Assembly: GCA_002269645.1 (NCBI GenBank)
Contig: NIVC01003499.1
Span: 30,737-94,736 of the forward strand
Origin: Macrostomum lignano
Taxonomy: Eukaryota
Direction: 5' to 3'
Length of the DNA: 64,000 bases
Below are positions 13,086 to 26,965 of this stretch, piece by piece (position 1 is the stretch's first letter; every line of letters starts with the position of its first letter). Position numbers and translations under genes: made by a program. Below the pieces are notes generated by a model, which was not told the origin of the DNA, ran no database searches, and worked only from the letters and a program-made list of their open reading frames with translations.

Positions 13086-16000
13086 TCACTGTCACCCCTC
13101 TGTCTCTTTCACTGCCCAACTCCCTGTCTCTATCACTGTCACCCTCCCTGTCTGTTTCACTGTCACCCTCCCTGTCTCTCTCACTGTCACCCTCCCTGTC
13201 TCTATCACTGTCACCCTCCCTGTCTCTATCACTGTCACCCTCCCTGTCTCTTTCACTGTCACCCTCTCTGTCTCTTTCACTGTCACCCTCCCTATCTCTA
13301 TCACTGTCACCCTCCCTGTCTCTATCACTGTCATCCTCCCTGTTTCTATCACTGTCACCCTCCCTGTTTCTATCACTGTCACCCTCCCTGTCTCTATCAC
13401 TGTCACCCTCCCTGTTTCTATCACTGTCACCCTCCCTGTCTCTATCACTGTCACCCTCCCTGTTTCTATCAATGTCACCCTCCCTGTCTCTATCACTGTC
13501 ACCCTCCCTGTCTCTATCACTGTCACCCTCCCTGTTTCTATCACTGTCACCCTCCCTGTCTCTATCACTGTCACCCTCCCTGTCTCTATCACTGTCACCC
13601 TCCCTGTTTCTATCAATGTCACCCTCCCTATCTCTATCACTGTCACCCTCCCTGTCTCTATCACTGTCACCCTCCCTGTTTCTATCAATGTCACCCTCCC
13701 TGTCTCTATCACTGTCACCCTCCCTGTCTCTATCACTGTCACCCTCCCTGTTTCTATCACTGTCACCCTCCCTGTCTCTATCACTGTCACCCTCCCTGTT
13801 TCTATCAATGTCACCCTCCCTGTCTCTATCACTGTCACCCTCTCTGTCTCTATCACTGTCACCCTCCCTGTCTCTATCACTGTCACCCTCCCTGTTTCTA
13901 TCACTGTCACCCTCTCTGTCTCTTTCGCTGTCACCCTCTGTCTCTTTCACTGTCACCCTCTCTGTCTCTTTCGCTGTCACCCTCCCTGTCTCTATCACTG
14001 TCACCCTCCCTGTCTCTTTCACTGTCACCCTCCCTGTCTCTTTCACTGTCACCCTCCCTGTTTCTATCACTGTCACCCTCCCTGTCTCTATCACTGTCAC
14101 CCTCCCTGTCTCTATCAATGTCACCCTCCCTGTCTCTTTCACTGTCACCCTCCCTGTCTCTATCAATGTCACCCTCACTGTCTCTATCACTGTCACCCTC
14201 CCTGTCTCTTTCACTGTCACCCTCCCTGTCTCTTTCACTGTCACCCTCCCTGTTTCTATCACTGTCACCCTCCCTGTCTCTATCACTGTCACCCTCCCTG
14301 TCTCTATCACTGTCACCCTCCCTGTTTCTATCACTGTCACCCTCTCTGTCTCTTTCGCTGTCACCCTCTGTCTCTTTCACTGTCACCCTCTCTGTCTCTT
14401 TCGCTGTCACCCTCCCTATCTCTATCACTGTCACCCTCCCTGTCTCTATCACTGTCACCCTCCCTGTCTCTATCACTGTCACCCTCCCTGTTTCTATCAC
14501 TGTCACCCTCCCTGTCTCTATCACTGTCACCCTCCCTGTCTCTTTCACTGTCACCCTCCCTGTCTCTTTCACTGTCACCCTCCCTGTCTCTATCAATGTC
14601 ACCCTCCCTGTCTCTATCACTGTCACCCTCCCTGTCTCTTTCACTGTCACCCTCCCTGTCTCTTTCACTGTCACCCTCCCTGTCTCTATCAATCTCACCC
14701 TCACTGTCTCTATCACTGTCACCCTCACTGTCTCTATCACTGTCACCCTCCCTGTTTCTATCACTGTCACCCTCCCTGTCTCTATCACTGTCACCCTCCC
14801 TGTCTCTATCACTGTCACCCTCCCTGTCTCTTTCACTGTCACCCTCCCTGTCTCTTTCACTGTCACCCTCCCTGTCTCTATCACTGTCACCCTCCCTGTC
14901 TCTATCACTGTCATCCTCCCTGTTTCTATCACTGTCACCCTCCCTGTCTCTATCACTGTCACCCTCCCTGTCTCTATCCTGTCACCCTCCCTGTCTCTAT
15001 CACTGTCACCCTCCCTGTTTCTATCACTGTCACCCTCCCTGTCTCTATCACTGTCACCCTCCCTGTCTCTATCACTGTCACCCTCCCTGTCTCTATCACT
15101 GTCACCCTCCCTGTTTCTATCACTGTCACCCTCTCTGTCTCTTTCGCTGTCACCCTCTGTCTCTTTCACTGTCACCCTCCCTGTTTCTATCAATGTCACC
15201 CTCACTGTCTCTATCACTGTCACCCTCCCTGTCTCTATCACTGTCACCCTCCCTGTTTCTATCACTGTCACCCTCCCTATCTCTATCACTGTCACCCTCC
15301 CTGTCTTTATCACTGTCACCCTCCCTGTTTCTATCAATGTCACCCTCCCTGTCTCTATCACTGTCACCCTCCCTGTCTCTATCACTGTCACCCTCCCTGT
15401 CTCTATCACTGTCACCCTCCCTATCTCTATCACTGTCACCCTCCCTGTCTCTATCACTGTCACCCTCCCTGTCTCTATCACTGTCACCCTCCCTGTTTCT
15501 ATCAATGTCACCCTCCCTGTCTCTATCACTGTCACCCTCCCTGTCTCTATCACTGTCACCCTCCCTGTCTCTATCACTGTCACCCTCCCTGTTTCTATCA
15601 CTGTCACCCTCTCTGTCTCTTTCGCTGTCACCCTCTGTCTCTTTCACTGTCACCCTCTCTGTCTCTTTCGCTGTCACCCTATCTGTCTCTATCACTGTCA
15701 CCCTCCCTGTCTCTTTCACTGTCACCCTCCCTGTCTCTATCACTGTCACCCTCCCTGTTTCTATCACTGTCCTCCTCCCTGTCTCTATCACTGTCACCCT
15801 CCCTGTCTCTTTCACTGTCACCCTCCCTGTCTCTTTCACTGTCACCCTCCCTGTCTCTTTCACTGTCACCCTCCCTGTTTCTATCACTGTCACCCTCCCT
15901 GTCTCTTTCGCTGTCACCCTCTGTCTCTTTCACTGTCACCCTCCCTGTTTCTATCAATGTCACCCTCCCTGTCTCTATCACTGTCACCCTCACTGTCTCT

Positions 16001-17100
16001 ATCACTGTCACCCTCCCTGTCTCTTTCACTGTCACCCTCCCTGTCTCTATCACTGTCACCCTCCCTGTCTCTATCACTGTCATCCTCCCTGTTTCTATCA
16101 CTGTCACCCTCCCTGTCTCTATCACTGTCACCCTCCCTGTTTCTATCACTGTCACCCTCCCTGTCTCTATCACTGTCACCCTCCCTGTCTCTATCACTGT
16201 CACCCTCCCTGTTTCTATCAATGTCACCCTCCCTATCTCTATCACTGTCACCCTCCCTGTCTCTATCACTGTCACCCTCCCTGTTTCTATCAATGTCACC
16301 CTCCCTGTCTCTATCACTGTCACCCTCCCTGTTTCTATCACTGTCACCCTCCCTGTCTCTATCAATGTCACCCTCCCTATCTCTATCACTGTCACCCTCC
16401 CTGTCTCTATCACTGTCACCCTCCCTGTCTCTATCACTGTCACCCTCCCTGTTTCTATCAATGTCACCCTCCCTGTCTCTATCACTGTCACCCTCCCTGT
16501 CTCTATCACTGTCACCCTCCCTGTCTCTATCACTGTCACCCTCCCTGTTTCTATCACTGTCACCCTCTCTGTCTCTTTCGCTGTCACCCTCTGTCTCTTT
16601 CACTGTCACCCTCTCTGTCTCTTTCGCTGTCACCCTCCCTGTCTCTATCACTGTCACCCTCCCTGTCTCTTTTACTGTCACCCTCCCTGTCTCTTTCACT
16701 GTCACCCTCCCTGTTTCTATCACTGTCACCCTCCCTGTATCTATCACTGTCACCCTCCCTGTCTCTTTCACTGTCACCCTCCCTGTCTCTTTCACTGTCA
16801 CCCTCCCTGTCTCTATCAATGTCACCCTCACTGTCTCTATCACTGTCACCCTCCCTGTCTCTTTCACTGTCACCCTCCCTGTCTCTTTCACTGTCACCCT
16901 CCCTGTTTCTATCACTGTCACCCTCCCTGTCTCTATCACTGTCACCCTCCCTGTCTCTATCACTGTCACCCTCCCTGTTTCTATCACTGTCACCCTCTCT
17001 GTCTCTTTCGCTGTCACCCTCTGTCTCTTTCACTGTCACCCTCCCTGTCTCTATCACTGTCACCCTCCCTGTCTCTATCACTGTCACCCTCCCTGTCTCC
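13086..17100. repeat. Large tandem satellite, 24-bp unit (about 4 kb)
   Basis: CACTGTCACCCTCCCTGTCTCTAT x about 165. It explains the spurious 300-1250 aa ORFs (ETGRVTVI / SITVTLPV / DRDREGDS). Confidence 0.98.
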
Positions 17101-17918
17101 CTTTGTCGCTTTCTCTGTCTCTTGCCAGGCGTATCTCATATACTTCCAAATCTCAGTGATCATCCATCTTTTTGCCTTTATCTCAAGCAAACTTTTTAAC
17201 ATTCGTTTAAGGACTTATTTCAACTGAAACTTTGAAACGTCCATAACACTGTTGATTTTGCGTTCTGCACTTTGTAAACTGAACAAATGCCCAGTGCTTG
17301 CTCGAATTTCTTATGCATACATCCTGCCCCTGACTTCTCTCCTGTCATTCCCTTCCAGTGCAAAACCAGTCTCCCTATTTCCTATCTTTTACCCTCCATC
17401 GATTTCCCTTCCCAAAAACCGGGATAGGTGACACCTCATTGGTGGCAAGCCTCTGGGATCCTGCCATTGCCAGACGTGAGAAGGGTGAGAAATTATCTGG
17501 GCCATCCATAAAAAGCAGCCTTTGCTCAAGCCAAACTGAAAGCACAGCTCTCTTGTGCTTTCAGGGTAACATCTGGAAAAACTCTGGAAACTCCTATTCT
17601 ACTGCTGTGCTTAAAAGTAAGTCGTCAGTGTCATTTTGTTAAGAACTTACGCATGTTCCTATTTTTAACAGAAACAAGCTCTTGTATATCTTACGATACA
17701 TGTTGCTACACTGGCTGTGCGTTCTCTCAATAGTTTCTCAAATCGAATCGAATATGCTTTGTATGGACACTGTAGGCACTTTATACTCTTCAAAGTGAAG
17801 CTAAATAAACACGCAGACAGAGATACACGTCGTAGCTACACTTTGTTCCAATAGCAACCGATTCACTCACTCTTGAACTTATATTTGACGCGCAGACCTT
17901 TGCCAGACTCTCAAACTA

Positions 17919-20900
17919 ATGGAGCCTGCGACATCGAATGCTTCAGCTGGGGAGAAGAGTCAACACGTGGCAGGTAAGAACCTTGTCTATGACGTAGGTA
18001 TTGTCACTTTTTGTCAAAGGCGTCGTCACTACGTTGGAAAGCTTTTCTGTCAGGAACTGTATGGGCAAAGGTATTGTCACCCTTAGTTACTATCGCCTTT
18101 CAATGGCCAGTGGAATCGAACTTGTACCAAGTCATGATTCGGTCATCACCACCTTGTCGAATTACCAAACCTCACGGTTTATAATTCTTTCATCATCGTC
18201 AGCAGTGGAGTAGGCCTCATCAAATTTCTATCTTTCCAGTATCGCTTCAGCAGGCGGACCAGACTGCCTCTTCATCGCTGGTGGCCGCAGAAGACTCCGA
18301 GAGCCGCATTCAGCAGCGACGTCAGCAGCGCAAACGTCGTCAAAATCGCGGCGGTTCCTCAAGTCACCGGCCGCTGCTCTCAAGCGGCGGCGACGCAGCT
18401 GGCGCAGTTTTTGAAGGCGGCCGCGACGAAGATCTGCTGAACGACTTCAATGAAAGCAGCAGCTCGGACAGCGACGTGGACACGGAGCGGAGTTTCCGAG
18501 TCATCCGGCCGGTGTACACTCAGCAGCAGTTCGACGAGAAGCACGGCGGTCGATTAGTCCGGAGACCACTGCTGGCCAGACTGCGGGACAGCGCCAAGAA
18601 GTTGGTGACGTGCGGCGCCGGCTCCGGCCGTAGCGATGATGGAGATGGCGAAAGTGGCCACAATTGCAGCAGAGCAAAGACGCAGCTTCTAGGCTTTCTG
18701 CCATTTATCGGCATTCTCAAGCGCTACAACATCCGGGATTGGCTGCTGGCTGACTTCATCTCTGGTAAGATAAAGTTTGGATGAGCATTTTTCTGTTCGT
18801 CTGTACTTTAGATTTTGCGTTTTTTTGCGTCTGACGCAATTTGGCACCTATGACACCCAATTGTCTTAATGCGAAGCCTGATTGATCACCTCTGACACTC
18901 GATTGTCCTAATGCGGGGCCTTATTGATCACCTCTGACACCCAGTTGTCCTGATGGTGGCATGACTGATCACCTCTGACACCCGATTGTTCTAATGCGAG
19001 GCATGACTGATCACCTCTGACACTCGATTGTCCTAATGCGAGGCATGACTGATCACCTCTGACACCCGATTGTCCTGATGCGTGGCATGACTGATCACCT
19101 CTGACACCCGATTGTCCTAATGCGAGGCCTGATTGATAACCTCTGACACCCGATTGTCCTAATGCGAGGCCTGATTGATAACCTCTGACACCCGATTGTC
19201 CTAATGCGAGGCCTGATTGATAACCTCTGACACCCGATTGTCCTAATGCGAGGCCTGATTGATAAGCTCTGACACCCGATTGTCCTAATGCGAGGCCTGA
19301 TTGATAACCTCTGACACCCGATTGTCCTAATGCGAGGCCTGATTGATAAGCTCTGACACCCGATTGTCCTAATGCGAAGCCTGATTGATAACCTCTGACA
19401 CCCGATTGTCCTAATGCGAGGCCTGATTGATAACCTCTGACACCCAATTGTCCTAATGCGAAGCCTGATTGATAACCTCTGACACCCAATTGTCCTAATG
19501 CGAGGCCTGATTGATCAACCTCTGACACCCGATTGTCCTAATGCGAGGCCTGATTGATCAACCTCTGATACCCAATTTAGCACTGCTGCACTGTTGACAC
19601 CCGGTTTTAACGCCCCAGATATTCATAATATCTTATGCCTAAAAAATTTATTGAAACAAAATACGAGTTACGCTTGTAAAAAGGGGTTTAGTCAGGCATA
19701 CAAACCTTGAAGCCTGATGCTCTTCGATCTCCAACCCGGTGTTCTCTGTTGTTTACCAAGAGACTTTCTTCCCACCGAAAAATCTTATAGGGGCTCAAAA
19801 TTCGATTACCCGGTTAATTTTCTTCCCATCCTTGGCTCTAAAGTATACCATGTACTTCGTTCAGTCTAATCTGCCAAATCCATACCGATCCAAGATCTAT
19901 TTTTAGTGACACCTACTTAACCGCATCTGGCAAATGATAGATTTAATAATGAGATCTCGTATCGATTAGGAATTTCTTGACTCTCTCGTCGAACAATCTG
20001 AATTTGTCAGATCGAGAATGATTGATTTTGCCCGAGGGCCAGATGCGAATTCTCGGGACGTCGATGGGCCTTGGGATTTTTCTAGACGACTTTTTTACTG
20101 ATTGATTTTCTGTTCTCGCAAAGAACACGCGCCGACCCGTCAGTTTCTGACTGCCGAGCTTCGACACGAAATGGGGTCGATTGGATTCGAAATTAAAAAT
20201 CGTGCTGACCAAAACATTTTTCGGATTTATTGGCAATCTTTTTTATCGGTTTCAATTAAAAAATGAATACTGATTCAATAGCTAAATTCCAAGCTCAAAC
20301 TGCGCACTGAGGTTCCGACAGACCGTAAGGCTTACTAAACGAAACAAGAGGTCCATTTGAGTCGTTACTGAGTCAAGTGCTCGGCATTTTCGCACCTGGA
20401 TAATATTAAAGATTGAAATTGTTTACAGACTCCTTTGAACAAGTTAAAAGGGATGAAAACTGCTAAGGGAAGATTTTTGTCATTATAAATATTTTGTTAT
20501 AATCTTTAATTAATACCTCACTAAAATTCCCACACAGGCCTGACAGTCGGCATCATGCACATACCCCAGGGCATGGCCTACGCTTTCCTAGCAGAGCTGC
20601 CACCCTACATCGGACTCTACACGTCGTTTTTTCCGCCGCTGATCTACTTCTTCTTTGGCACATCACGCCAGGTATCCATGGGCACGGTGGCCATCATCTC
20701 TCTGCTGGTTGGCGGTCTGGTTAGCAAGAATTTCCCAGCTACGCTCGGCTCAGCAGTTGGGAGCTTTGACAATGAGACAACCACCGCCATAGCCAGTCAG
20801 CAGTTGACGCTTGATTTGAATGGCAACGATAGCACGGTGGGGTCCGGCTCACCGTTCCAGTGGAGCTCCGACCCCGTCAGCAGGAATCGGGTTGCGCTGG

Positions 20901-23900
20901 CTTGCGTTACCTGCCTGTGCGTTGGCCTCATCCAGGTGATTATAAAATGTATGATGTTCAAGGTATTGAAGTTTCGTCTGGCTGGCATCTAATAGAATCT
21001 GGAAATGGGAGAAATCCAACGCTTTTCGGTATAATCCAATCTTGCCGAATGCGTTGTCGACGCCTCATCTCGAAGCTAATTTTCCCCGCAGATATTTCGA
21101 TTTGGTAAGAAGTAAAACCCTGTCGCTAAATAAGACACCGGTCGACTCGCAGACAGGGAGGAGTCAAGCAGTCATGCCCCTTCCACTGAGCCCTGAGCAC
21201 AACACGCACACGAATAGAATATGTACACTGCAGCCACGCATTCACACAGTGTGTACAGGGTGACTTTTTCGTCGTCAGCCATGTACACTCTGTCTGCCTT
21301 GGGGGTTAGCCCTCATGCACTTTAATCACACAACAAGCCCCTAATGAACCTCAAATTTTCGAACCTTTAAAGCCTCAGTTTGTTGCTAGTTTAATTTACT
21401 TGTACATGCATAAAATGCCCGCATATTTTATTAATCATTTTCCCAGCTTGCGATGGGTGTCCTGCGGCTCGGATTTCTAACGCGCTACCTCAGCGACCCG
21501 CTGATCTCCGGCTTCACAATGGGCGTCGCGATTCACGTGTTCTCCAGCCAGATCAAATACGTTCTTGGAATTGAAGTGCCCAGGCGAAACGGCGTGTTCA
21601 GCCTGCCTCTGGTGAGCTGGGATCTTTCTTGTCATCAATCAACTTAGTCCAATGCTCTCAAGCTGAAGCAGCAATCAGTTTCCTCTCCTGGGGACCAAAG
21701 TGCAGGCCAGCTAAGCAGATGTGTAAATCCAACTTTCTCTCCCCATCTGGCTGCCCTTATCTGCCCGGAAAATCCCAGTTCTAACTCAGGGCGCCGTTTC
21801 GCATCCAGAGATGCACGAGTTATGAAGTTAATGGAAGTTCTCCATCATCGCATACCCGCCGGGATTGGAGTCTGGACAAAATTAGACCCGGATCTGAGAG
21901 GTTCGCCTCACCCAGTAATGCATTGCCTGTCGTGCAATAACAGCAGAAACCTAAATAAGATTTTATTAAGATGATTACATACACCTAATGGTCTCGAGTA
22001 GTGCAACGGTGTTAATAACAGTGAATCAGTCGGACGTGTTCTCGAGTACTCTTCAATGTGATAACTTTCTTCCAAAAAAATTGCAGCACTATTTTGATCT
22101 GCTGCGCAACATCACGGAGACAAACTTCGTTACGGTGGGCATAGCAGTTGTCTCCATAGTGATCCTGTACGTCACCAAGGAGCTCGTGAATCCCAAGGTT
22201 AGGAAACGGATCAAAGCGCCTCTACCAATCGAACTGCTCATTGTGAGTACCATTTAAAAAAATTATATCTACTCCATAACAATGTCAGTCAAGTGAGCCA
22301 TTGTCATTCAAATTTTTCATTTTAGGTTAGCCTTGGCACCATTCTTTCCTACTTCCTGGATTTAAAGAAAAATTACAATGTCAAGATTGTCGGCACAATA
22401 CCCACTGGGTGAGTTGCAGGCCTTCCACGCGTCTTTTAGGGGAGTTCAATGAAGTCCTACCGCCTGGGCATGGATCGTAATTGATTTATTCTATATAGTG
22501 TAGAACTGTTGAATGAAGTCTGCTGTTACAGTAGCCTACTGCTCCTTTTCCCTTCAGCGACTGTTGCCCCTCCTCTCAGATCCTTCAGTGCCTGCTGCCC
22601 TCCCTCAGATCCTTCAGTGCCTGCAGCCCCTCCTCTCAGATCCTTCAGTGCCTGCTGCCCTCCCTCAGATCCTTCAGTGCCTGCTGCCCCTCCCTTCAGA
22701 TCCTTCAGTGCCTGCTGCCCCTCCCCTCAGATCCTTCAGTGCCTGCTGCCCCTCCTTTCAGATCCTTCAGTGCCTGCTGCCCCTCCCCTCAGATTCTTCA
22801 GTGCCTGCTGCCCCTCCCCTCAGATCCTTCAGTGGCTGCCGCCCCTCCCTTCAGATCCTTCAGTGCCTGCTGCCCCTCCCTTCAGATCCTTCAGTGCCTG
22901 CTGCCCCTCCCCTCAGATCCTTCAGTGGCTGCTTCCAATCCCCTCAGATCCTTCAGTGCCTGCTGCCCCTCCCCTCAGATCCTTCAGTGGCCCCTCCCCT
23001 CAGATCCTTCTGTGGCTGCTGCCCCTCCCCTCAGATCCTTCAGTGGCTGCTGCTCCTCCCCTCAGATCCTTCAGTGGCTGCTGCCCCTCCCCTCAGATCC
23101 TTCAGTGGCTGCTGCCCCTCCCCTCAGATCCTTCAGTGGCTGCTGCCCCTCCCCTCAGATCCTTCAGTGGCTGCTGCTCCTCCCCTCAGATCCTTCAGTG
23201 GCTGCTGCCCCTCCCCTCAGATCCTTCAGTGGCTGCTGCTCCTCCCCTCAGATCCTTCAGTGGCTGCTGCCCCTCCCCTCAGATCCTTCAGTGGCTGCTG
23301 CCCCTCCCCTCAGATCCTTCAGTGGCTGCTGCCCCTCCCCTTCAGATCCTTCAGTGGCTGCTGCCCCTCCCTTCAGAGCTTTCAGTTGCTGCTGTAACTT
23401 CACCAAGCATATGTAATAAAGGCCATCACCTACTGTACCTCGCAGCCAGCATTTTCAACTATTCATATTAGTTCCTGCAATCATTTATTTAATTATGTGC
23501 CCCAAATAGAATTCCACCACCAGAGCTGCCGGACTTCAGCATCCTTCGAGCCTCAATGGCCATTGAAATTGTCACCATCGCCATCATAGCCTTCTCAGTT
23601 TGCGTCTCGCTAGCTAAGATATTCGGCAAGAAGCACAATTATGAAGTTGCGCCAAGTCAGGTAAGACTAAATTTAGTTTTAATACTACGTGATAGTGATT
23701 TAGAATTCAGCCAGCAGAATACCAAGTTAAACCAAAACTTACTTGCATCGGAGTCTAAATTGACTTTCCAGTTGCACAAGTAAAAAGCAGTTTTCCTTAA
23801 TTCAACAGGAGCTCATTGCCTACGGAATCTGCAACACGGTCGGCTCCTTCTTCCATTGCTGGCCAGCTGGCACCTCATTGTCGCGTTCGGCTGTTCAAGA

Positions 23901-26201
23901 CAGCATGGGCGGCAAGACCCAGGTGGCGGCCCTGTTCTCGTCCACATTGCTGCTTCTAGTGCTGCTCTTTATTGGGAAATATTTCGAATCGGTACCGAAC
24001 TGTTGCCTTTCCGCCATCATCATTGTTGCGATCAAAGGGATGCTGGAACAGGCCAAGGAGGCGCCAGTACTCTGGCGCCTGTCACCCTACGATTTCTGGA
24101 CCTGGATTGTGGCCTGTCTGGGCGTCGTTTTCCTAGCAGTGGATTACGGCCTAATCCTCGGGCTGGCCTTCTCTGTCTGCAGCATCATTGTTAGAACTCA
24201 GTCGCCCACTTCTTCTATGCTGGGTCGCATACCGGACACGGATCTGTACAAGAACGTCCTAGCATACGATGACGTGAGCAAAGGGTGTTTGGGTAGGCCT
24301 GCTAAGATAATAGCTGAAGGAGTGAAGATTAGGTGCTTCAGTTTTTAAGCGTTGTTTTTGTTTCTGGTTTAGTCAATGATGTGACTCACAGATAAGACTT
24401 ATACACAGTTTGTGCGAAGCCCGTGAGCCGTGTGGAGTTTCTAACGCTGAAATTTTGGTTCATTGGTGGACGTCTGCGTTCCAGAGAGTCGATCAGATAG
24501 TCTAAGTTCTAGTCATCAACTTTTCTGATATTCTGTTCATTCCTGATGACGGACAGTATCTGGCATTTAGATTGTTGAATAGAGTTAACAGTAAGCCATA
24601 AACAGTTAGGGTCGAAGTCATACGGATGAGGTGTTAGGTAATATTGAGGGAATTTGGGGTTGTTTAGCTACAGTTTTTGCATTATGTACCTTGCTGCATT
24701 TTTTTTCAATTACATCCTAACAATTTGCCTCCCCAACAAAGATCGAATTGGTCGACGGCGTTAAAATCTTTCGCTACGAGGGCTCGTTGTACTTTGCTTG
24801 CGCCGAGAACTTTCGCGACAGTCTGTACCACAAGAGCGGCGTGCATCCGCGCAAGATGCTGCTGGCCAGACGCAAACTCACAGAAAAGTACGCTAAACTA
24901 GCGGCTAAGAAGCTGCAAAAATCGCCGGAGGTGTTGAAGAAAGAATTTTCTAAACTGACCGACTCTGAACGATCCGAGGCTCTGAAAGAATTTGGCCTTC
25001 AGTGGCCTCCAGTGCCGGTGGATCACGTGATTTTGGACGCCTCCACCTGGGGCTACATTGACTACGTCGGCGTGCGAGCTTTGAATCAGACAATTCAGGA
25101 ATACAAGGAGGTCGGCATTCGAGTGTACTTGGCGAATCCGAAATGTGAGATTTTTCTAGAAATATGAGTTTTTCAATGACTAGCCTAGGATATTGAAGAC
25201 GTATCAGGCTTGACTATGCTAAAAAAGAATTATCACCAAATTCTCGATCCTTAACCGTAATTTTTTAGCCCTTGTCGGTCACGCCATCTACACTGTAGAC
25301 GTCAAATTGAAATTAACCCAAAATCTATTCAATTGAATCACATTGTGTTGTTCGCGTGCGGTCATCTAGTATTCAATTCTATTGTAGAACGCGTTTGCTT
25401 TATTATAATACTGACTCCAGCTCGTTGACTTCTGCTTTGAATATTCTTTTTGAGATAGAGTCACGCCCGTATCCTGTTGGCCTAATTCAAGGATATAAAA
25501 ATTGTTAAACTCCTGGTGCTCCTGCAGCGATCCATTCCCAGAAGACAGGCAACGAAACTCACAAGTCCTCTCCTGCTATCCTTGCCACCTAGATGCACCT
25601 ACAAGCTCGTTATAGTAGGCATGTTATCGGATGAGCGTACTTACACTTACATGAGCGTACTGTCTGTGAATCCTCGGCCTTGACTTTCTCATTGGCAGAC
25701 AGTATTGATTGCACGAACCCATAACAAGTAAACATCATGCAAAAGCAGACAGACGCACCGCAGAACCGGAAACTTTGGTGCCAAGATCAGATCAGATCAG
25801 GAGGGGCTATCGTTCTGTCTACCTGACCTACCTGATGACTATCATGAACAACCGTAGACATACATGTACGGTAGTCATTTATTGCAGCTCTTGCTCAAGT
25901 GTGTAAAAAATGCCATTTACCGAATTAACCAATCATCACAGGCGGCATTCGAGCCTGTCTGCAGCGCTCCGATTTCTACGAGAAGAACGAACCGGACATC
26001 ATCTACGTCTCCGTGCACGACGCTGTCCTTGCCGCGCAGTGTGAACAGAGGGAGGCCGCCGCCAAAGGCGGTGACACTCGCGCCGTCGCTGCTGTACAAG
26101 CCGCCAACTTGCCTGTCAATCAACCGGCTGCTGATGACGATGGCGCCCGTGAAGCTGCAATCGAAACTAGTGCAGAAGATAACGCTGATTTAAAGGCATA
26201 A
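17919..26201 (+). CDS. SLC26 family anion transporter (prestin/pendrin/SulP-like) with C-terminal STAS domain; 10 exons, 886 aa
   Basis: Exons 17919-17973, 18240-18764, 20538-20935, 21447-21611, 22087-22242, 22326-22408, 23510-23660, 23809-24273, 24742-25144 and 25942-26201, all GT-AG, total 2661 nt in frame. Motifs DFISGLTVGIMHIPQGMAYA, LGFLTRYLSDPLISGFTMG, QELIAYG, SLSRSAVQDSMGGKTQ; STAS IFRYEGSLYFA, HVILDASTWGYID, VSVHDAV. The first 55-nt exon is less certain. Confidence 0.93.
18850..19575. repeat. Tandem minisatellite, 42-bp unit, in SLC26 intron 2
   Basis: CTGACACCCGATTGTCCTAATGCGAGGCCTGATTGATAACCT x about 17. Confidence 0.96.
22560..23380. repeat. Tandem minisatellite, about 31-bp unit, in SLC26 intron 6
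   Basis: CCCCTCCCCTCAGATCCTTCAGTGGCTGCTG x about 27; source of the Pro/Ser-rich pseudo-ORFs at 22509-23471. Confidence 0.96.
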
Positions 26202-26284
26202 ATGAAACTGCTTCTGTGTGAACTGTGGCGTGCGTAGGAATTTGTCTTGCCAAGGGGATGAAACCCTTTGGTGTCTTAGGTACG

Positions 26285-26965
26285 AGCCTATCCCTTAGGT
26301 GGGCTTCAATCTCTCTTAGGTGGACTCTACTGTCTCTTAGATGGAAGCCACTGTCTTTTAGGTGAAAGCCATTGTCTCTTAGGTGGGTTCCACTTGCTCT
26401 TAGGTGGACTCGCCTGTCTCTTAAGTGGGCTCCACTGTCTCTTAGGCGGGAGCCACTGTCTCTTAGGTGGGCTCTACTATCTCTTAGATGGAAGCCACTG
26501 TCTTTTAGGTGAAAGCCATTGTCTCTTAGGTGGGTTCCACTTGCTCTTAGGTGGACTCGCCTGTCTCTTAAGTGGGCTCCACTGTCTCTTAGGCGGGAGC
26601 CACTGTCTCTTAGGTGGAAGCCACTGTCTTTTAGGTGGGAGCCACTGTCTCTTAGGTGGGAGCCACTGTCTTTTAGGTGGGAGCCACTGTCTTTTAGGTG
26701 GGAGCCACTGTCTCTTAGGTGGAAGCCACTGTCTCTTAGGTGGGAGCCACTGTCTCTTAGCGGGGGCGCCTATCTCTTAGGTGGGAGCCACTGTCTCTTA
26801 GGTGGGAGCTACTGTCTCTTAGGTGGGAGCCACTGTCTCTTAGGTGGGAGCCACTGTCTCTTAGGTGGAAGCCACTGTCTCTTAGGTGGGAGCCACTGTG
26901 TTTTAGTTTGGAGCCACTGTCTCTTAGGTGGGAGCCACTGTGTTTTAGTTTGGAGCCACTGTCTC
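26285..26965. repeat. Tandem minisatellite, 21-bp unit
   Basis: CTTAGGTGGGAGCCACTGTCT x about 32, directly 3' of the SLC26 stop codon. Confidence 0.96.

Noticed and set aside
13003-17227. Very long ORFs (up to 1251 aa) on both strands
   Set aside because: They are translations of a 24-bp satellite that lacks stops in several frames; no splice or domain support
22509-23471. Pro/Ser-rich 200-320 aa ORFs inside SLC26
   Set aside because: 31-bp intronic minisatellite; the flanking exons splice in frame without it
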